A stretch of 64,000 bases of DNA from Pseudomonadales bacterium (GTDB taxonomy: Bacteria; Pseudomonadota; Gammaproteobacteria; Pseudomonadales; Azotimanducaceae): assembly GCA_965267295.1 (NCBI GenBank), contig OZ253946.1, forward strand, positions 3,600,338 through 3,664,337, written 5' to 3'. A model generated the notes under the pieces. It did not search any database, had not been told where the DNA came from, and worked only from the letters and a program-made list of their open reading frames with translations. Position numbers and translations under genes: made by a program. Of the stretch, positions 9,045-19,429 are shown piece by piece; the first letter of the stretch is position 1, and every line of letters begins with the position of its first letter.

Positions 9045-10256
9045 CTAGGACACCGGCCGGGGTTCCCGGTCTGCAGGCCCGCGGCCTGCGCTCATGATAC
9101 AGACACCGGCGAGAAGCGAAGTGGCGCCGGCGATGGCGTAGGCGCTGCCGTAGCCGTTCACATCGTAGATGAGCCCCAGCAGATACGGGCCACCAGCCAC
9201 GCCGAGCACTGCCGCGGCATTGGCCAGCGCAAAGACCCGGGGATAGACAGGACCGGAAAAAGCTTCGGCAAGCCAGAGCGGTTGCAGCATGAGTAGATTA
9301 CCAATGCTCGAGCCAAGCACCGCAGCACCAACGAGGGCGGTGGTCGTATCGGTGGCAGCGCTGATGATTGCAAGCCCCGAAATCTGCACCAGCACATTCA
9401 GGAGCGTAAACGCCCGTATGGAAACGCGCGTGACCAGCCAGCCGCCTATGAACCGGAAGGTAATGCTGCAGAGGGTGAGAATCTGCACCGCCGTTGCCGC
9501 CGCGGTGTAGTCTCCCAGCTCCTCCACGCGGTGATACAAGTGTGAGATGCCACCAACCTGGGCGCCCTGACAAAATACGTAGCCCACCGCCAGAAGCACA
9601 AAAAAGCGCGTCCGGATCGCCTCTCCGTAGCTCCAGTCCGAGGTGCCCGGCTGCAACCCCTCAGCGGCCGGCAGAGGCGCCGGTTTAACCACCCAGAGCG
9701 CCACCGGCAGGATCAATACGACGAACGCCAATCCCAGCCATGGCATCGTCGGTATCACTCCGCTCGTGTGAAAGAGGTATGCGGTGAGCGGCGTGATCAC
9801 AACGCCGCCCAGCGACAGGCCCGTCGAGGCAATGGACAGCGCGATCGAGCGATTCGGACCCGGAAACCACTGGGTCACCAGGGTGGTCGCCACAACCAGA
9901 GAGACCCCTGTGTTGCCAATGCCAAACAAGGTGAACAACGCATAGATCTGCCACAGCGTATCGGCGTAGTAGACCGCCGCCAGGGAAGCACCGGCAAGCA
10001 GCGTACCCGAAACCATGATGAGGCGGATGTCGACGACTCCGAGCAGACGCGCAACGGACATACCGGCAACACCACCGACGATAAAAAAGAGGCTGACGGC
10101 AAAAGAAACGTGCGCAAGCGGAACTTCCAGAAGCCGCGCAAACTCCGTCATGTAGACCGACATGTTGTAGAAACCCAGACCGGAGCTTACGGTCTGGATG
10201 AACAGCATAGCGCCGACGATCACCCAGCCGTAGCGCGCCGCAGCGGGCGCTTTCAT
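9045..10256 (-). CDS. MFS-type transporter
   Basis: 403 aa and about 12 hydrophobic helices in two halves. The call rests on topology and Gly/Ala-rich helix pattern only. Confidence 0.75.
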   Translation of the reverse strand: MKAPAAARYGWVIVGAMLFIQTVSSGLGFYNMSVYMTEFARLLEVPLAHVSFAVSLFFIVGGVAGMSVARLLGVVDIRLIMVSGTLLAGASLAAVYYADTLWQIYALFTLFGIGNTGVSLVVATTLVTQWFPGPNRSIALSIASTGLSLGGVVITPLTAYLFHTSGVIPTMPWLGLAFVVLILPVALWVVKPAPLPAAEGLQPGTSDWSYGEAIRTRFFVLLAVGYVFCQGAQVGGISHLYHRVEELGDYTAAATAVQILTLCSITFRFIGGWLVTRVSIRAFTLLNVLVQISGLAIISAATDTTTALVGAAVLGSSIGNLLMLQPLWLAEAFSGPVYPRVFALANAAAVLGVAGGPYLLGLIYDVNGYGSAYAIAGATSLLAGVCIMSAGRGPADREPRPVS

Positions 10257-10277
10257 CGATCTATGCGGTGGAACGGT

Positions 10278-10640
10278 TCAGACAATGGCGGCCACGGTAT
10301 CGTTGAGCGCCTGCAGCTTGAATGGTTTCGGAAGCACCCAGGTAAACTCGTGGTCGAGGCCTTTGATTTCCTCTTCTGCGTACCCGGTCATGAAGAGGAC
10401 TTTCTGGTCCGGCCAGTGCTGGCGGATCACCTCGTACACGTCGGCACCCGACATGCCCGGCATTCCGACATCGAGCATCACCAGATCAAAACGCTCCGCT
10501 TCGAGTGCACCAAGCGCTGCTGGCCCGCTGCCGACGCACTCCACTTCGTAGTTCCCGCGCCGCAACATTTCTCGCGTTACCGCACGGACAGCCTCATCGT
10601 CATCGACGACCAATACTCGGGGGCTTTCCATCCTGATCAA
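10278..10640 (-). CDS. single-domain response regulator (CheY-like receiver)
   Basis: VLVVDDDEA ... DLVMLDVGMPGMSG ... LPKP gives the acidic pocket, phospho-acceptor Asp and conserved Lys. No output domain. Start is TTG 10640 or ATG 10631. Confidence 0.85.
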   Translation of the reverse strand: MIRMESPRVLVVDDDEAVRAVTREMLRRGNYEVECVGSGPAALGALEAERFDLVMLDVGMPGMSGADVYEVIRQHWPDQKVLFMTGYAEEEIKGLDHEFTWVLPKPFKLQALNDTVAAIV

Positions 10641-10682
10641 TATACTTCACTACATTCAATCTTAGCTACGGTACCCCACGGC

Positions 10683-11468
10683 TCACGATTGCGCCAGATA
10701 TCCGTTGAGACGCAATGCTTCGAGCAGTCCGGTCAGAATCAGGTCCGAAACCACGTGATCAAAGAGCGCTTCTCGATCAAAGAGGTGAGCGAACCCGCCC
10801 GTTGCGATGATCAACGGCTGCTCGTCCGGAAACGCCTCCGCCGTGATGCGCGACGCCAGCTCACGCACCATGCCCACATTGCTCCAATACAAGCCGCTCT
10901 GAATACTGTCGACGGTCGTTTTGCCGATGGCAGTCCGCGAAGGCTTGATCTCAACCGACGGCAGCTTTGCCGTTTTGGCTTCCAGCGCCTCCATGGCCAG
11001 ACGCACGCCAGGCATGATGTTGCCGCCGAGAAACGTTCGATCTTTGCTGATGGCACAAACCGTCGTCGCCGTACCAAAGTCCACGACAATGAGATTGCGG
11101 TCGGGGAAGAGCTTGACGGCACCCATCGCATCCGCGATGCGGTCGCTGCCTACTTCCTTGGGATCTTTGTAGGCAATCTTCAGCCCGGTTTTGACACCGG
11201 GACGCATCAACATGGGTTCAATGTCGAAATATTTCTGACAGCAGGCGCGGAGCGAGTAGTTGAGCTCCGGTACGACCGACGAGATGGCGATGGTTTTGAT
11301 CTCTTCGGGATTCACGCCGTTTTCGCGCAGCGCGCCGCGCAGGAAGACGCCAATCTCATCTGACGAGCTGCGCGCCGAAGAGGCATGACGGAACTGTGTT
11401 TTGAGCTCAGCCCCATCGAACACGCCGCAATAAATCTGACTGTTACCCACATCGAGCGCAAGAATCAT
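10683..11468 (-). CDS. coaX: type III pantothenate kinase
   Basis: MILALDVGNSQIYCGVF N-terminus and VVDFGTATT segment are typical of CoaX. The start overlaps the panC stop by 1 nt (TGATG). Confidence 0.9.
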   Translation of the reverse strand: MILALDVGNSQIYCGVFDGAELKTQFRHASSARSSSDEIGVFLRGALRENGVNPEEIKTIAISSVVPELNYSLRACCQKYFDIEPMLMRPGVKTGLKIAYKDPKEVGSDRIADAMGAVKLFPDRNLIVVDFGTATTVCAISKDRTFLGGNIMPGVRLAMEALEAKTAKLPSVEIKPSRTAIGKTTVDSIQSGLYWSNVGMVRELASRITAEAFPDEQPLIIATGGFAHLFDREALFDHVVSDLILTGLLEALRLNGYLAQS

Positions 11469-12250
11469 CAGACGGCTCCAGCTGCTGCAACCGGCACGTT
11501 ATCTATCAGTCGCACGGTATTTTCTCCACACGCAACCACGATCGCACCAAAACGCCGGTCGCCGCGCGTTTCGACATAATCTACCGCAAATCCGTATTGA
11601 CGCAGACAGGCGGCCACCTCCGCATCGGAGCCAGCTCGTTGCAGAGCCGCGTTGAACTGTCCGGCAGCGATGCGGCCTTTTCTGTCGAGCAGCTTGTTCC
11701 GCGAACTCATGGCAAGGCCGTCACACTCGCGGACTGTCTCACAACCAACAATCTTCACGTCCATGAAGAAAGTCTCGCACATGTCTTTCACCAACAGGTA
11801 CTGCTGGTAGTCCTTCTTACCGAAGTACGCCCTGTGGGGCCGAACCAGGTTGAGTAGCTTCATGACAACCGTCAACACGCCGGTGAAATGACCGGGGCGA
11901 TTCGCGCCACAAAGCGCGGTGCTGAAATCGGTTTCTTCGATCTTGTAGCGGTAGCCATCGGCATAAAGATCCGCATACGCCGGCAGCAATACGTAGTCCA
12001 CCCCCAACTCCGCAGCGAGCTCCAGGTCACGGTCGAGCGTATCCGGGTAGTTGGCCAGATCGCCGGGGTCGTTGAACTGCGTCGGGTTGACGTAGATCGA
12101 CAGGACCGTCACATCGTCCATCCCCTTGCTGCGGCGCAACAATGAAGCATGCCCGTCGTGTAGTGCGCCCATGGTCGGCACGAAGCCGACGCTGCCTCTC
12201 AGCTGCCGCCGCAGCTCCCGCCAGGCCTGCATATCCTCGACCACTTTCAT
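11468..12250 (-). CDS. panC: pantoate--beta-alanine ligase
   Basis: VPTMGALHDGHASLL (HxGH motif), FGKKDYQQ and SSRN segments. 4-nt overlap with panB. Confidence 0.92.
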   Translation of the reverse strand: MKVVEDMQAWRELRRQLRGSVGFVPTMGALHDGHASLLRRSKGMDDVTVLSIYVNPTQFNDPGDLANYPDTLDRDLELAAELGVDYVLLPAYADLYADGYRYKIEETDFSTALCGANRPGHFTGVLTVVMKLLNLVRPHRAYFGKKDYQQYLLVKDMCETFFMDVKIVGCETVRECDGLAMSSRNKLLDRKGRIAAGQFNAALQRAGSDAEVAACLRQYGFAVDYVETRGDRRFGAIVVACGENTVRLIDNVPVAAAGAV

Positions 12251-13035
12251 GCGTACGTCTCCTGCGGCGCCGGAAACACGCCGCTCAACACGTCTTCGTG
12301 GTAGCGATTGACGGCGTCCCCGACCAGGTGTTTGCCGTCCGCATAGTGACGCAGGAATCTGGGTTTGAACGCATCGTCCATGCCCAGCATGTCCTGGAGG
12401 ACGAGCACCTGGCCGTCGCAGTCAGCACCCGCGCCAATGCCAATTGTCGGGATATCAAGCTGCTCGGTCACGGCGGCGCCCAGCGCTGCCGGCACACACT
12501 CGAGCACCAGCGCAAAGCAGCCGGCGTCTTCGAGAGCCTTCGCCGCCGACAGAATCTCAGCGGCTTCACCTTCGTTACGACCTTGTACGCGGTGACCACC
12601 CAGAGCCTCTACGCTTTGCGGCGTGAGACCGAGGTGACCCATCACCGGTACACCCGACTCGACGATGTGCGCCATGAGGTCGAGCTGGCCCGCTGCCCCT
12701 TCAATCTTGACGCAGTTGCTGCCTGCCTGCATGAGCGCGGCAACGGCATCCATCGCCTCCGACAAACCGCGGCGTACGGATAGAAACGGCATGTCACCGA
12801 CCACAAACTTATCTGGCGCACCCCGCCGCACCGCCGCCACGTGGGTGGCCATCATGTCGACCGTGGCGTGCACCGTGCTGTCGTGGCCATGCATGACCAT
12901 TGCCAGGCTGTCACCGACGAGCAGGGTATCTACGGAAGTGTCATTGAGAATACGCGCCGACCAGAAGTCGTAACACGTCACCATGGAGAGCTTTTCGCCG
13001 GCTTGCTTGCGCCGGGCAAAATCGAGCACGTTCAT
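12247..13035 (-). CDS. panB: 3-methyl-2-oxobutanoate hydroxymethyltransferase
   Basis: MVTCYDFWSARI, LLVGDSLAMV and HLGLTPQS segments typical of PanB. GGGAGG 6 nt upstream of the ATG. Confidence 0.92.
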   Translation of the reverse strand: MNVLDFARRKQAGEKLSMVTCYDFWSARILNDTSVDTLLVGDSLAMVMHGHDSTVHATVDMMATHVAAVRRGAPDKFVVGDMPFLSVRRGLSEAMDAVAALMQAGSNCVKIEGAAGQLDLMAHIVESGVPVMGHLGLTPQSVEALGGHRVQGRNEGEAAEILSAAKALEDAGCFALVLECVPAALGAAVTEQLDIPTIGIGAGADCDGQVLVLQDMLGMDDAFKPRFLRHYADGKHLVGDAVNRYHEDVLSGVFPAPQETYA

Positions 13036-13041
13036 ATATTA

Positions 13042-13059
13042 CCTCCCAATACTGGGAGG
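13042..13059 (-). promoter_or_regulatory. hairpin that pairs the panB Shine-Dalgarno with an upstream anti-SD
   Basis: On the mRNA strand, CCTCCCA-GTAT-TGGGAGG forms a 7-bp stem with a 4-nt loop. The 3' arm is the only SD-like element in front of the panB ATG (13035). Confidence 0.35.
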
Positions 13060-13305
13060 GACTGGACGAAACGCTTTGCGCTATCGGTACCTGTCCCTCT
13101 GGATCAAGTCCTTTGCGTTTTAGACGCTGAATAATCGAACACCGTTCGGTCTTCGTCCGGCTGAATGGCAGCCTCGATCGAAGCCGAGGCAGGAAATTAC
13201 CACCCGGAACGAGGCGTGTCGACCGCTCAGATGCAAGCGTTTTGCTGCTTCAGACCGCGTACCCGTGCACTTCAGCACGCGGCCCCGGCGGCGTCTGCGA
13301 TGGGT

Positions 13306-14103
13306 TCAGGACAAGAGGTCGTTCAGCGCACGGCGCGCCATGACTTTGACCAGATGCGCCCGATACTCAGCGGAGGCGTGCAGATCGCTGTTGAACCCGG
13401 CATCCGGGACTTCAACGCCTTCAAGGGCCTCAGGGTCGAGGTTCTGATTGAGCACCTCCTCGAGCCCGCTCGCGCGAAACGCGCACGGCCCCGCACCGGT
13501 CACCCCCACGCGTATCGCGCCGCTGAAGTCGGCGATGAGAACGCCGACCACCGCATAGCGCGACGCGGGATTGGGAAATTTACGGTAGGCCGCGCGGGTA
13601 GGTACCGGGAACTCGATACGGGTGACGATCTCACCCGGCTGCAGGGCGGTTTCGAAGAGGTCCTGAAAGAACTCGTCACCGGCTATGGCGCGCTCCTGCG
13701 TATGCACCGTGGCACCGAGGCCGATGACCGCCGCCGGATAGTCGGCGGCCGGATCGCTGTTGGCGAGGCTGCCACCGATGGTGCCGCGGTTACGGACCTG
13801 ATTGTCACCAATCAGCCCGGCCAGCTGCGCGAGCACCGGCAACGTCTCGCCAATTGCACCGGACGTGGCGACGTCGTTGTGGCGGGTAAACGCACCTACC
13901 GTCACTTTGTCCGCAGCGACGTCGATGCCCGTCATTTCCGCGATGCCAGACAGATCGATCAGATCGGTAGGCGCAGCAAGACGCTGCTTCATCGTGGGAA
14001 TCAACGTCATGCCGCCGCTCAGATACATCGCGTCATCGGCATCGTTGAAGAGCGTCACGGCGTCGGCAACCGTTTCGGGTTTGTGATAATTGAATGGATA
14101 CAT
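13306..14103 (-). CDS. xanthine dehydrogenase/CO dehydrogenase family, FAD-binding medium subunit (CoxM-like)
   Basis: 265 aa. MYPFNYHKPETVADAVTLF N-terminus, GGMTLIP and GTIGGSLAN segments typical of FAD_binding_5 subunits. Last gene of an S-L-M cluster. Confidence 0.85.
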   Translation of the reverse strand: MYPFNYHKPETVADAVTLFNDADDAMYLSGGMTLIPTMKQRLAAPTDLIDLSGIAEMTGIDVAADKVTVGAFTRHNDVATSGAIGETLPVLAQLAGLIGDNQVRNRGTIGGSLANSDPAADYPAAVIGLGATVHTQERAIAGDEFFQDLFETALQPGEIVTRIEFPVPTRAAYRKFPNPASRYAVVGVLIADFSGAIRVGVTGAGPCAFRASGLEEVLNQNLDPEALEGVEVPDAGFNSDLHASAEYRAHLVKVMARRALNDLLS

Positions 14104-14124
14104 TGTTGTTCTCCCGCTAAGCCG

Positions 14125-16482
14125 CTATTCGCCCCGCACGGCGCGCCAGACTTTCTCCGGCGTTGCCGGCATTGCAATGTCCTTGGTACCGAGTGCATGT
14201 GTGACGGCGTTCATGATGGCAGCCGGTGAGCCGATGGCGCCCGCTTCCCCGCAGCCTTTGACCCCCAGCGGATTGTGCGTGCACGGCGTGACGGTGGTAT
14301 CGACCTGAAAGTCGGGCAGGTCGTCTGCTCGCGGCAGACAGTAGTCCATCATCGAGCCGGTCTGCAGCTGGCCGTACTCATCATAGATGCCGTGCTCCAT
14401 GAGGGCCTGGCCCGCCCCCTGAGCGACGCCGCCGTGAACCTGTCCATGCACGATGAGCGGATTGATGATGTGGCCAAAGTCGTCGACCGCAACAAAGTTG
14501 ACCAGCTCGACGACGCCGGTTTCGATGTCCACTTCCACCTCGGCGATATGCGTACCTGCCGGGTAGGTGAAATTGTTCGGATCGTAAAACGCTTTCTCCG
14601 TGAGTCCCGGTTCGAGATCCTCCGGATAGTCGGCCGGCACGTAGGCCGCAAACGCCACCTCCTGAATCGTGACCGACTGGTTGCTGTCTTGCAGGCTGAA
14701 GGTGCCATCGTCGAAATCGACCTGCTCAGGCGTTGTCTGCATCATGTGCGCAGCAATCTTCTTACCCTTCTCAATGATCTTCTCCGCAGCGGCGATGAGG
14801 GCCGAGCCACCAACCGCAAGCGAGCGCGAGCCGTAGGTGCCGAGGCCAAATTCCATGCGTCCGGTGTCACCGTGCACGATGTCGACGTCGTCGTAGGGGA
14901 CGCCGAGCTTGTCCGAGACAACCTGTGCGAAGGTGGTCTCGTGCCCCTGTCCGTGGCTGTGAGAACCCGTGAAAACGCTCACGTTGCCGGTCGGATTCAT
15001 GCGAATTTCACCGCTCTCATAGAGTCCCACGCCGGCGCCCAGCTCAATGGCAAGCTTGGACGGCGCTAGTCCGCAGGCCTCGATATAACAGGCAAAACCG
15101 ATCCCACGCCGCTTGTTCTGCTCCGCCGCCGCGGCGCGGCGTCCTTCGAAGCCCGCGTAGTCGATGAGTTCCAGCGCCTTGTCCAGGCTCGCCTCGTAGT
15201 TGCCGGTGTCATAAGTGAGCGCCACCGGCGTTTCGTAGGGGAAATCTTCCGGCTGAATCATGTTCATACGGCGCAGATCTGCCGGGTCCTTGCCAAGCTC
15301 ACGCGCAGCCTGCTCGACGATGCGCTCCACGACGTAGGTCGCCTCCGGCCGTCCGGCACCGCGATAGGCGTCCACGGGCGCCGTGTTGGTATAAACGCCC
15401 TGCACTTCGACGTAGATGTTCGGCGTCTTGTACTGCCCCGCGAGCAGCGTGCCGTAAAGATACGTGGGTACGGACGAACCGAAGGTCGAAAGATACGCGC
15501 CGAGGTTGGCGGTTGTCTTGACACGCAGCCCGGTGAAACGCCCCTGCTCATCGAGGGCAAGTTCCGCCCTTGTGATGTGATCGCGACCATGAGCGTCGGC
15601 AAGAAAGGATTCGCTACGGTCGGCAACCCACTTGATGGGCCTGCCAACCTTTGCCGCGGCCCAGATCACAGCGGTTTCTTCGGCGTAGATGAAAATCTTC
15701 GAGCCAAAACCACCGCCAACGTCCGGTGCCACGACCCGCAGTTTGTGCTCGGGTGCAACCTGGACAAACGCGCTCAGCACCAGGCGTTCCAGATGCGGAT
15801 TCTGGCTCGTGGTGTAGAGCGTGTAGTCGCCTGTTGCAGCATCGTGCACGCCAAGGCAGGCACGCGGCTCCATTGCATTCGGGATGAGCCGATTGTTCGT
15901 CAACTCAAGCGTCGTGACGTGCGCGGCGCGGGCAAACGCCATGCGGGTCGCGTCTTCCTCACCAAGCGCCCACTCATAAGCGAGATTGTGATCGATCCCT
16001 TCGTAAATCTGTTCGGAGACAGTCGCGGAGCCGAGCTCGACGACCGCGTGGAGCTCTTCGAACTCCGCGTTTACCGATTCTGCACCCTGGCGCGCAGCCT
16101 GCAGCGAGTCCGCAACTACCAGCGCGTACGGCTCACCCACATAGTTGACCTGAGTTGCCGCCAGCGGTGGGTGCGGCGCTGAGCGCATGTCGTTGCCCGC
16201 TTTGTCTTTGACCAGCCAGCCGCAGGGTAAGTCGCCAATGCCGTCGGCAACCATCTCGGTCCCGGTGTACACACCCAGAACGCCAGGAATACCTAAAGCC
16301 TCTTCGGCGTCGACGCCATTGATTTTCGCGCGGGCGTGTGGACTCCGGCAGAAAACACCGTAGACCTGTCCCGGCTGGTTGAGGTCGTCCGTATATCTAC
16401 CGGTGCCGGTGATGAATCGCGCATCTTCGCGGCGCTTTACCGGTGCGCCGATGCCAGTGTCTTCAGCGATCGCTTCGCTCAT
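14125..16482 (-). CDS. molybdopterin-binding large subunit, form-II CoxL-like
   Basis: 785 aa of the aldehyde oxidase/xanthine dehydrogenase family. The active-site loop reads AYRGAGR (nt 15349-15369), the form-II signature, rather than the form-I VAYRCSFR. AGGAGG lies upstream of the ATG. Confidence 0.9.
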   Translation of the reverse strand: MSEAIAEDTGIGAPVKRREDARFITGTGRYTDDLNQPGQVYGVFCRSPHARAKINGVDAEEALGIPGVLGVYTGTEMVADGIGDLPCGWLVKDKAGNDMRSAPHPPLAATQVNYVGEPYALVVADSLQAARQGAESVNAEFEELHAVVELGSATVSEQIYEGIDHNLAYEWALGEEDATRMAFARAAHVTTLELTNNRLIPNAMEPRACLGVHDAATGDYTLYTTSQNPHLERLVLSAFVQVAPEHKLRVVAPDVGGGFGSKIFIYAEETAVIWAAAKVGRPIKWVADRSESFLADAHGRDHITRAELALDEQGRFTGLRVKTTANLGAYLSTFGSSVPTYLYGTLLAGQYKTPNIYVEVQGVYTNTAPVDAYRGAGRPEATYVVERIVEQAARELGKDPADLRRMNMIQPEDFPYETPVALTYDTGNYEASLDKALELIDYAGFEGRRAAAAEQNKRRGIGFACYIEACGLAPSKLAIELGAGVGLYESGEIRMNPTGNVSVFTGSHSHGQGHETTFAQVVSDKLGVPYDDVDIVHGDTGRMEFGLGTYGSRSLAVGGSALIAAAEKIIEKGKKIAAHMMQTTPEQVDFDDGTFSLQDSNQSVTIQEVAFAAYVPADYPEDLEPGLTEKAFYDPNNFTYPAGTHIAEVEVDIETGVVELVNFVAVDDFGHIINPLIVHGQVHGGVAQGAGQALMEHGIYDEYGQLQTGSMMDYCLPRADDLPDFQVDTTVTPCTHNPLGVKGCGEAGAIGSPAAIMNAVTHALGTKDIAMPATPEKVWRAVRGE

Positions 16483-16491
16483 GGTGCCCTC

Positions 16492-16950
<459 letters not shown>

Positions 16951-16993
16951 TGGGTCCCACCTTCCTCGTTTTGTTTCGTTCTGCGGGTCTTAC

Positions 16994-17578
16994 TCAGATT
17001 GCAAACAGCACCGCCAGGATCAGCACCACAAACGCAATCAGCCAGATACTGCGCGAGCCACTCGACTCATAGCGCGGTACCTCTTCTTTGTTTTCTTCTT
17101 CGGATTCAGATTCACCGGTCGACGCGGCACCGGGGTCGAGTCGGGTTGAGAAGGCAGCAAAAAAGTCGTCCGCCATCTTGCGAGCAGCGCCGTCCACCAG
17201 ACGGCTGCCGACCTGCGCAAGCTTGCCGCCGACGTTGGCTTTGACTGCGTAGCGCAGCAGCGTCGCGTCGCCGTCTTCGGAGAGCTCAACCTCGGCGCCG
17301 CCTTTGGCAAAACCCGCAGCGCCGCCTTTGGCGTTGCCGTTGATGACATAGCTTGCAGGGGGATTCAGATCCGAGAGCTCCAGCTCGGCATTGAAGGTCG
17401 CGCTTACCGGGCCAATCTTGGCTTTAACCGCCACGTTGAAGTGCTGCTCGTCGACCTTCTCTATGTTCTGGCAACCTTCAATGCACTCGCCGAGAACCTG
17501 CGGATCGTTGAGCGCCTCCCAGACCGCTTCGCGGCTGGCGGCAATGCGGTATTCGCCTGATTGTTCCAAAAAAACCAC
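16994..17578 (-). CDS. SRPBCC/CoxG-like protein with C-terminal membrane anchor
   Basis: SGEYRIAASREAVWEALNDPQVLGECIEGC is typical of CoxG. The acidic linker is followed by a terminal hydrophobic helix (IWLIAFVVLILAVLFAI). GTG start 17578, or possibly TTG 17569. Confidence 0.8.
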   Translation of the reverse strand: MVFLEQSGEYRIAASREAVWEALNDPQVLGECIEGCQNIEKVDEQHFNVAVKAKIGPVSATFNAELELSDLNPPASYVINGNAKGGAAGFAKGGAEVELSEDGDATLLRYAVKANVGGKLAQVGSRLVDGAARKMADDFFAAFSTRLDPGAASTGESESEEENKEEVPRYESSGSRSIWLIAFVVLILAVLFAI

Positions 17579-17658
17579 CCCCCGAACTGGACTCGGAAGG
17601 TTGCATCAAAGCCGCGACAAGGGCAACGCCTGGGCCGCCTTTTGTTGGGAGAGCCGTG

Positions 17659-19263
17659 TTAGGCCGCGCTCTCGCCAAGCGCTTCGGCCCGCTGCACGCG
17701 ACTCGCCTCGTCGCGACCGAGATACCGTAGCGCCGCAAGCAGGAACGCGGCGCTGACGCCAAACATCAGCAAACCCCAGGTCATCGCGCTGCGGAGCGCT
17801 TCGCCACTGCCCATGGACTGCGCGTTGAGATCACTGATCTGGCCCATGAGATAGGGGCCCAGCGCCAGACCAACGAACGTATTCATGAGCACGTAGTAGG
17901 CGGAAGCGGTGGCGCGCATACGCGGCATTACCAGGTCGTTGATTGTGCTGGCACCGGACCCGATCCACGCTGGTGACAAAATGCTGAACACAAAGCTGCA
18001 CAGGTAGGCGACCAGCACGCTGTCGGTATAGAGAAAGCCAAGCGCAAAGGGGACCGCCAGCACCGGAATCGCGAGACCAATATAGAGTCGCGCGTTCACC
18101 GTTTTCGATTTCCACATGTCGGCGAGAAAACCGCCGAGCACAATGCCTATGAAACCGCCAACGGCGGCACCAAGGCCAAGATAAAGGCCCGCGTCGGCAA
18201 TCGACTCGCCGTGGACGCGCTGCATGAAGGGCGGAGACCAGAAGCCCACGCCGTAAGTGACGAACGAGATACTGGGGAAGCCGACCGAGGCGAGCACAAA
18301 CGCTTTTGATTGGAACATCATGCCAAAGCAGGCGGGATCCGTGAGCTTGAGATACTGCACCCAGGTGACGGTGATGTAGACACCCGCGCCGAGCGCAATC
18401 CACTGCAAGGGCGTCGGCATGAGTGCATAAAGGCCGTAGAAGAGGAGGCACACGCCAGCAAGATAGACGAGGTTCCGCGCTACGGCCGCCATGCCGCCCG
18501 CCCGGAAGAGCACTATGAGTGAGAGTCCGGGCAGTACGCTCATCATGGTGCTCTGGGTCGCCTTGAACGGATGAGGATGTCGCGTGCTCAAAAGTCCTTC
18601 GCTGACACCGCGAATGGGCTCGCGCAGCGTCCAGACCCAGATCGCCATGAGGATGCCGGGAATGCCCACCGCCAGAAACGCTGCCTGCCATGGTTTGATG
18701 CCGAGCGGCGCCGCGGCAGGGTCCGGATACCAGGCGTACCAGGCTTCGACGATTGCGCCGCCGAGGAAAAGCCCGATCCCGGCACCGAGATAGATGCCGC
18801 TGGAATACACCGCCAGCACGGTCGCTCTGACCCTGGGCGAAAAGTAGTCGGACAGCATCGAGAAAGCGGCCGGCGTGGCGCTCGCCTCGCCCACGCCCAC
18901 ACCGAAGCGGCAGGCGGCGAGGCTCGCATAGTTTTTGGCAAAGCCGGACAGGGCCGTCATCAGGCTCCAGAATGCCAGTCCAATGGAAATCAGGCTCTTG
19001 CGGTTCCAGACGTCAGCGAGCTTGCCGAGGGGAATGCCGAACACGGCGTAGAAAATCGCAAACGCCGTGCCGTACAGGAAACCAATCTCCGCATCCCCGA
19101 TCCCGAGGTCCGCTTTGATCTCCTCCGCCAGAATGGAAATGATCTGTCGATCGATGAAATTGAAGATGTAAACGATGATGAGGACGAAGAGCACGTACTT
19201 CGCGTAGCCGCCGTTGATCTCTGCGCGCGCTTTTTCGAGGTCGTGGTCTGATGTATCGCTCAT
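17659..19263 (-). CDS. MFS transporter
   Basis: 534 aa. FNFIDRQIISILAEEIKADLGI N-terminal motif region and 12 or more hydrophobic helices. Confidence 0.85.
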   Translation of the reverse strand: MSDTSDHDLEKARAEINGGYAKYVLFVLIIVYIFNFIDRQIISILAEEIKADLGIGDAEIGFLYGTAFAIFYAVFGIPLGKLADVWNRKSLISIGLAFWSLMTALSGFAKNYASLAACRFGVGVGEASATPAAFSMLSDYFSPRVRATVLAVYSSGIYLGAGIGLFLGGAIVEAWYAWYPDPAAAPLGIKPWQAAFLAVGIPGILMAIWVWTLREPIRGVSEGLLSTRHPHPFKATQSTMMSVLPGLSLIVLFRAGGMAAVARNLVYLAGVCLLFYGLYALMPTPLQWIALGAGVYITVTWVQYLKLTDPACFGMMFQSKAFVLASVGFPSISFVTYGVGFWSPPFMQRVHGESIADAGLYLGLGAAVGGFIGIVLGGFLADMWKSKTVNARLYIGLAIPVLAVPFALGFLYTDSVLVAYLCSFVFSILSPAWIGSGASTINDLVMPRMRATASAYYVLMNTFVGLALGPYLMGQISDLNAQSMGSGEALRSAMTWGLLMFGVSAAFLLAALRYLGRDEASRVQRAEALGESAA

Positions 19264-19429
19264 GGTGCCCGGCCTTTCTTGGTCTGATTTTTCCGTGCGT
19301 GGGAGATGTCGTCACGCCACGATCGGCGCGGCCCCCGCCTCCGCGGACAGTTAGGCCGAACTCGCCGGGCAAAGTCAATTCTCAAATCAACGGGGCTCGC
19401 CTCGCGCGGGGAAGCCGCGCTTCGTCGGA

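Noticed and set aside
9768-11363. Very long ORFs antisense to recognisable genes. Examples are 9768..11363, 13165..14229, 20303..21586, 24660..25604, 25435..26574, 35344..36822, 42459..43742 and 45841..46911.
   Set aside because: They are Arg/His/Gly-rich, have no motifs, and each lies opposite a gene with clear family signatures. These are typical shadow ORFs of high-GC DNA.
4772-13035. Possible disruption of a classical folK-panB-panC cluster by inserted protease, transporter and regulator genes.
   Set aside because: folK lies downstream of panBC here, not upstream. GC looks uniform by eye, and nothing marks an insertion. This is ordinary gene-order variation.
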